Below, piece after piece: positions 28,275 through 32,000 of a stretch of DNA of 32,000 bases. The DNA comes from Desulfocapsa sulfexigens DSM 10523 (GTDB lineage: Bacteria; Desulfobacterota; Desulfobulbia; Desulfobulbales; Desulfocapsaceae). Within the stretch, counting starts at the first letter, position 1, and each line of letters begins with the position of its first letter. Under the pieces are notes generated by a model that was not told the DNA's origin, ran no database searches, and was given only the letters and a program-made list of their open reading frames with translations. The stretch spans positions 1,740,001 through 1,772,000 of the forward strand of contig NC_020304.1 of NCBI RefSeq assembly GCF_000341395.1, written 5' to 3'. The position numbers and the translations under genes are program-made.

Positions 28275-29429
28275 TTATTCCTTGAATTGAGATTCTAACG
28301 GACTGGTGAGTTGCAGGGGATCTCCTGAGATGATTTCCACGGATGGGGGGACGACCTCTGCCTCGTCCAGTGGCAGGATGGTGGCAGGTTTTGCCTCTCT
28401 ATTCTTCAGATATTCAAGACTATTTTTACAGAAGGCGGTAATGACTCCATCAACTCCCACTGTGAAATAGAAAAATTCCAGTTCTTCATTAAAATTCTGG
28501 ACGAAGGGGACTCTTTTTGCAGTATCTTTTTCAATTGGAAAGGTGAAGATCATGGTTCCAAGCTGCTGGGCATTTTTTACAAAATCATCAAGTAACAGTT
28601 TCCCCTCAGAATCTGCCAGCATATGTTTGGGCAGGCCTATGGCGGCCACGGAACTGGTGAGTGAACGGAGGCCAGATTTAGAAAACATCCAGTCGTAGTT
28701 ATAACTGTTCCACTCTCCCCACTCCTCGGTCATATTTTCCTGTCCTTCATTTGATTCAATGAGTTGCACCAGCTTGACATCCATCCCCATTTCAGGGAGA
28801 AGCTCTTTTTTTATGCGACTGAGCTCGGCGGCATCGTAGGACATTAGAAGAAGAGTGTCGTCAGGGCTACTGTAGCCATATTGCTGAAGGATACGAAGTA
28901 CAGGGCTGCTGAGATCCCTGCCTTCTTTGCGGTGCAGCCAGGTCTGCTTGAGTTCAATGGCAATGCGAGTGTTTTTTTCCAGGCTTTTGTTCAGTGCCTC
29001 GACGAGGGACAATACCTCTTCAAGGGTTGGGATGGTGAGACGTAGCTGCAGGTCTTCGGGAAAACGTCCCGCAGGATCGCGCAGAGTCAGTTGACGAATT
29101 TCTTCAAGAGTAAGGTCGAGGGCGTAAAACTGTCCATCGTCCCGCTTACGATCAGGAAAAATTTCACCAACATTGGTATTATGTTGTATTCTGGGAGAGC
29201 CAGCAACAATAACCTCATTGTCTGCGCTGAGGACTGTGTCAATCTTGACAATATCCGTGTCCATCACTATAGCCATAGCTATTGCCGGCAGGCTGTGTTC
29301 CATGAGGTAGCCGGAAGCTCCACCCTGTGCGATCACAAGCTTGGCTGTCGCGGGTGATGACGGAAAAACAAGGCCAGTGAGGATAAGGAAAAATCCAGAT
29401 CGTTTTAAGAGAAGTAATAGATATCGCAT
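28275..29429 (-). CDS. GlpQ-like glycerophosphodiester phosphodiesterase family protein with apparently degraded catalytic motifs
   Basis: Overall GlpQ-like layout (GASGYLMEHSLPAIAMA..., FPDRKRDDGQFYALDLTLEEI, YNYDWMFSKSGL, VDGVITAF), but HRGASG is QGGASG, E-x-D is K-x-D and the HD pair is AG. Confidence 0.8.
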   Translation of the reverse strand: MRYLLLLLKRSGFFLILTGLVFPSSPATAKLVIAQGGASGYLMEHSLPAIAMAIVMDTDIVKIDTVLSADNEVIVAGSPRIQHNTNVGEIFPDRKRDDGQFYALDLTLEEIRQLTLRDPAGRFPEDLQLRLTIPTLEEVLSLVEALNKSLEKNTRIAIELKQTWLHRKEGRDLSSPVLRILQQYGYSSPDDTLLLMSYDAAELSRIKKELLPEMGMDVKLVQLIESNEGQENMTEEWGEWNSYNYDWMFSKSGLRSLTSSVAAIGLPKHMLADSEGKLLLDDFVKNAQQLGTMIFTFPIEKDTAKRVPFVQNFNEELEFFYFTVGVDGVITAFCKNSLEYLKNREAKPATILPLDEAEVVPPSVEIISGDPLQLTSPLESQFKE

Positions 29430-29432
29430 GGG

Positions 29433-30584
29433 TTATATGGCCGCCAATAATTCTGCGGCGTGATTAAGGTCTTTTGCGTTGCTCAGAGACAGGCCAGATT
29501 CAGCAAGAATTCTTCGCCCTGCTTCCACATTGGTTCCTTCCATACGAACCACAACAGGAAGGGAGAGGCCAATTTTCCTGGCCGCTGCCACAACACCTTC
29601 TGCGAGGATATCACAACGGAGAATACCGCCGAAGATGTTGATAAAAATGCCGCGAATCTTGGGGTCGCTCAGGATAATGCGAAAACCATTCTCTACCATT
29701 TCAGCGCTGGCACCACCTCCGACATCCAGGAAGTTTGCCGGCTCAAGGCCAGCCTGCTTGATCAGGTCCATTGTGGCCATGGCGAGGCCAGCTCCATTGA
29801 CCATACTGCCGATGGTGCCATTCAGTCGGATATAGTTCAAACCGTGACTTGCTGCTGTTGCTTCGAACTCGTCCTCTTCGCTACTGTCATGCATGGCAAG
29901 GATATCGGGATGGCGAAAAAGACTGTTGGAATCAATGTCCATTTTGGCGTCAAGTGCAATCACGGTATTTTCTCCGGTGATAACCAGTGGGTTGATCTCA
30001 ACGAGGGAGCAGTCGCTTTGTATAAACAGGGTAAAGAGTTTTCTGATGATACTGCTAAAGCATTTAGTCACAGCAGGAGCTATTTCAAGACCGAAGATCA
30101 GTTCCCGTATCTGGTAGCCCTGCAGGCCGAGCAGAGGGTTTACGTGCACCGTAATAATGCGCTCCGGAGTTTCTGCTGCCACCGTTTCAATTTCCATTCC
30201 CCCGTCACGACTCGCAATGATAACAATTCCAGAACGGTCACGATCAACGAGTATTGAGAGATAGAGTTCTTTGGCAATATTTACTCCCTGTTCAAAGAGG
30301 ATGGTTTTGACTTCTGTTCCTTCTGCCCCGGTCTGTTTGGTAACAAGCTGCATACCAAGGATTCTTTCCGCAGCTTTTTGCGCTTCGGCAACTGTCCTGG
30401 CAAGAACAACACCCCCCCCCTTGCCACGGCCTCCTGCAAGAATTTGTGCCTTGACTGCGACGGGCATTGTTATTCCTTCCAGAAGAGAGGAGATGTCTTC
30501 TCTGACAGTACAGATTTTTCCTTCAGGAACAGGAATGCCATATGTGCGGAAGAGCTCTTTTGCTTGGTATTCGTGAATTTTCAT
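29433..30584 (-). CDS. sucC: Succinyl-CoA ligase beta subunit
   Basis: KIHEYQAKELFRTYGIPVPEG, AQILAGGRGKGGGVVLA, LEINPLVI, GSIGSMVNGAGLAMATMDLI and GGILRCDILAEGVV. Confidence 0.95.
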   Translation of the reverse strand: MKIHEYQAKELFRTYGIPVPEGKICTVREDISSLLEGITMPVAVKAQILAGGRGKGGGVVLARTVAEAQKAAERILGMQLVTKQTGAEGTEVKTILFEQGVNIAKELYLSILVDRDRSGIVIIASRDGGMEIETVAAETPERIITVHVNPLLGLQGYQIRELIFGLEIAPAVTKCFSSIIRKLFTLFIQSDCSLVEINPLVITGENTVIALDAKMDIDSNSLFRHPDILAMHDSSEEDEFEATAASHGLNYIRLNGTIGSMVNGAGLAMATMDLIKQAGLEPANFLDVGGGASAEMVENGFRIILSDPKIRGIFINIFGGILRCDILAEGVVAAARKIGLSLPVVVRMEGTNVEAGRRILAESGLSLSNAKDLNHAAELLAAI

Positions 30585-30621
30585 TTAATTATAAACTCTA
30601 GTATCCAATGGTATGTATCTG

Positions 30622-32000
30622 TTATTGTTTTGGATAACCCATATTCCCCAAGGCCCCGGTGATTTCCTCGAGGCTTGTCGGGTCATCTATGGTAGAGGGC
30701 ATGTTGTATGGCTTGCCATTGGCAATGGAACGCATGGTGCCGCGAAGAATTTTACCTGAGCGTGTTTTTGGAAGTCTCTCCACCATAGTGGTTTCACGGA
30801 GGCAGGCGATGGGGCCAATCTCATTGCGAACCATTTTTACCAGATCGTTCTGGATTTCATCAACCTTACGTTCGACCCCGGCTTTCAGAACAAAAAGGCC
30901 CAGTGGAAGTTGTCCCTTGAGTTGGTCATCGGTCCCGATGACCGCACATTCTGCAACATCAGGGTGGGTGGCAATAACTTCTTCCATGGCCCCGGTGGAT
31001 AGACGATGCCCGGCAATATTAATGACATCATCCATACGGCCCATAACGAAAACATAGCCATCCTTGTCGATGTAGCCACCATCACTGGTCTCGTAGAATC
31101 CGGGGAAGGTTTTCATGTAGGAGGAAATAAAACGCTCTTCATTTCGCCACAGAGCGGCAAGGGTTCCGGGAGGAAGTGGCAGCTTGATAACAATGTTACC
31201 TTCCTCTCCTGCTGGAAGTTCCTTACCGTCGTCGTTAACTATCCGTACATCATAGCCGGGGACGGGTAGGGTGGGGGACCCTGCCTTGACCTCCATCTCT
31301 TCAATGCCACGACAGTTGGCAACAATGGACCAGCCCGTTTCCGTTTGCCACCAGTGATCAATAACGGGTACCTTGAGGAGATCCGACGCCCAGTGGTAGG
31401 TGTCTGGATCAAGACGTTCTCCAGCAAGGTAGAGGGCTTCGAAAGAACTCATGTCGTACTGACCAAGTAAGGAACCGGTGGGGTCCATCTTTTTAATGGC
31501 GCGGAATGCTGTGGGCGCAGTGAAAAGTACTTTCACCTTATGCTCTGAAATAACCCGCCAAAAGGCACCGGCATCGGGGGTTCCAATGGGCTTTCCTTCA
31601 TAGATAATGGTGGTGGCACCCTTGAGCAGTGGTCCGTAAATAATGTAAGAATGGCCTACCACCCAGCCAACATCTGACGCTGACCAGAAGACATCGCCGG
31701 TTTCAATATTATAGATGTTTTTCATGGACCAGTGAATGGCGACGGCATGGCCTCCATTATCACGCATTACACCCTTTGGCATTCCAGTGGTGCCAGAGGT
31801 GTAGAGGATATAGAGCGGGTCTGTTGCAGCGACAGCGACACAGTCAGCGGGCTCACTTGTGGCTGTGAGTTCCTGCCAGTCCAGGTCTCTTCCTTCCTGC
31901 ATCTCGGCAGTGATGATGTCGCGCTGAAAAACAATACATTTTTCCGGTTTATGGTCGGACTGTTCAATAGCTCTATCCACCAATGGTTTGTAGGCGATTA
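30622..32000 (-). CDS. prpE: Propionyl-CoA synthetase-like AMP-binding acyl-CoA synthetase, partial (N-terminus beyond the window)
   Basis: LYTSGTTGMPKGVMRDNGGHAVAIHWSM, WWQTETGWSI, DDVINIAGHRLSTGAMEEVIATHPDVAECAVIG and TRSGKILR. The frame remains open to base 32000. Confidence 0.8.
   Translation of the reverse strand, partial: IAYKPLVDRAIEQSDHKPEKCIVFQRDIITAEMQEGRDLDWQELTATSEPADCVAVAATDPLYILYTSGTTGMPKGVMRDNGGHAVAIHWSMKNIYNIETGDVFWSASDVGWVVGHSYIIYGPLLKGATTIIYEGKPIGTPDAGAFWRVISEHKVKVLFTAPTAFRAIKKMDPTGSLLGQYDMSSFEALYLAGERLDPDTYHWASDLLKVPVIDHWWQTETGWSIVANCRGIEEMEVKAGSPTLPVPGYDVRIVNDDGKELPAGEEGNIVIKLPLPPGTLAALWRNEERFISSYMKTFPGFYETSDGGYIDKDGYVFVMGRMDDVINIAGHRLSTGAMEEVIATHPDVAECAVIGTDDQLKGQLPLGLFVLKAGVERKVDEIQNDLVKMVRNEIGPIACLRETTMVERLPKTRSGKILRGTMRSIANGKPYNMPSTIDDPTSLEEITGALGNMGYPKQ

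Noticed and set aside
27457-28298. Several long plus ORFs antisense to sucD
   Set aside because: sucD is unambiguous on the minus strand; these are shadow ORFs in GC-rich coding DNA.
1-32000. CRISPR array, tRNA, rRNA, transposase or integrase
   Set aside because: None seen: no regularly spaced repeat arrays and no transposase/integrase-like ORFs. The only clear repeat pair found by eye is the 108-bp one; a self-dot-plot would be needed to exclude weaker repeats.

Overview
This 32 kb window resembles a sulfate-reducing / Desulfobulbaceae-like deltaproteobacterial chromosome (lineage is an inference from pathway content). (1) 1-2083 (-): sensor histidine kinase split by a one-base frameshift at a G6 run. 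(2) 2744-6061 (+): phosphate ABC transporter pstSCAB, followed by a convergent cupin gene. (3) 6613-13371: two 108-bp direct repeats (102/108 identical) bracket ung and a compact seven-gene minus-strand cluster: DarA-like protein, DarB-like ketosynthase, unknown 134-aa protein, BtrH-like protein, ABC-2 exporter pair and a lone ACP. This is the strongest candidate for an under-described biosynthesis/export system, probably for a resorcinol-like lipid or polyketide. (4) 13374-32000 (-): a closely packed run carrying a near-complete methylmalonyl-CoA (propionate/succinate) module: prpE-like, sucC, sucD, split B12 mutase, meaB, epimerase, and a membrane-linked biotin-dependent Na+ decarboxylase. 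It also carries csaA, a GlpQ-like protein with degraded catalytic motifs between sucC and sucD, an MBL-fold protein, a GGDEF protein, a decayed outer-membrane beta-barrel gene, dtd and an M16 peptidase. I saw no CRISPR array, tRNA, rRNA or recognisable transposase. All family assignments come from motif recognition, not database searches.
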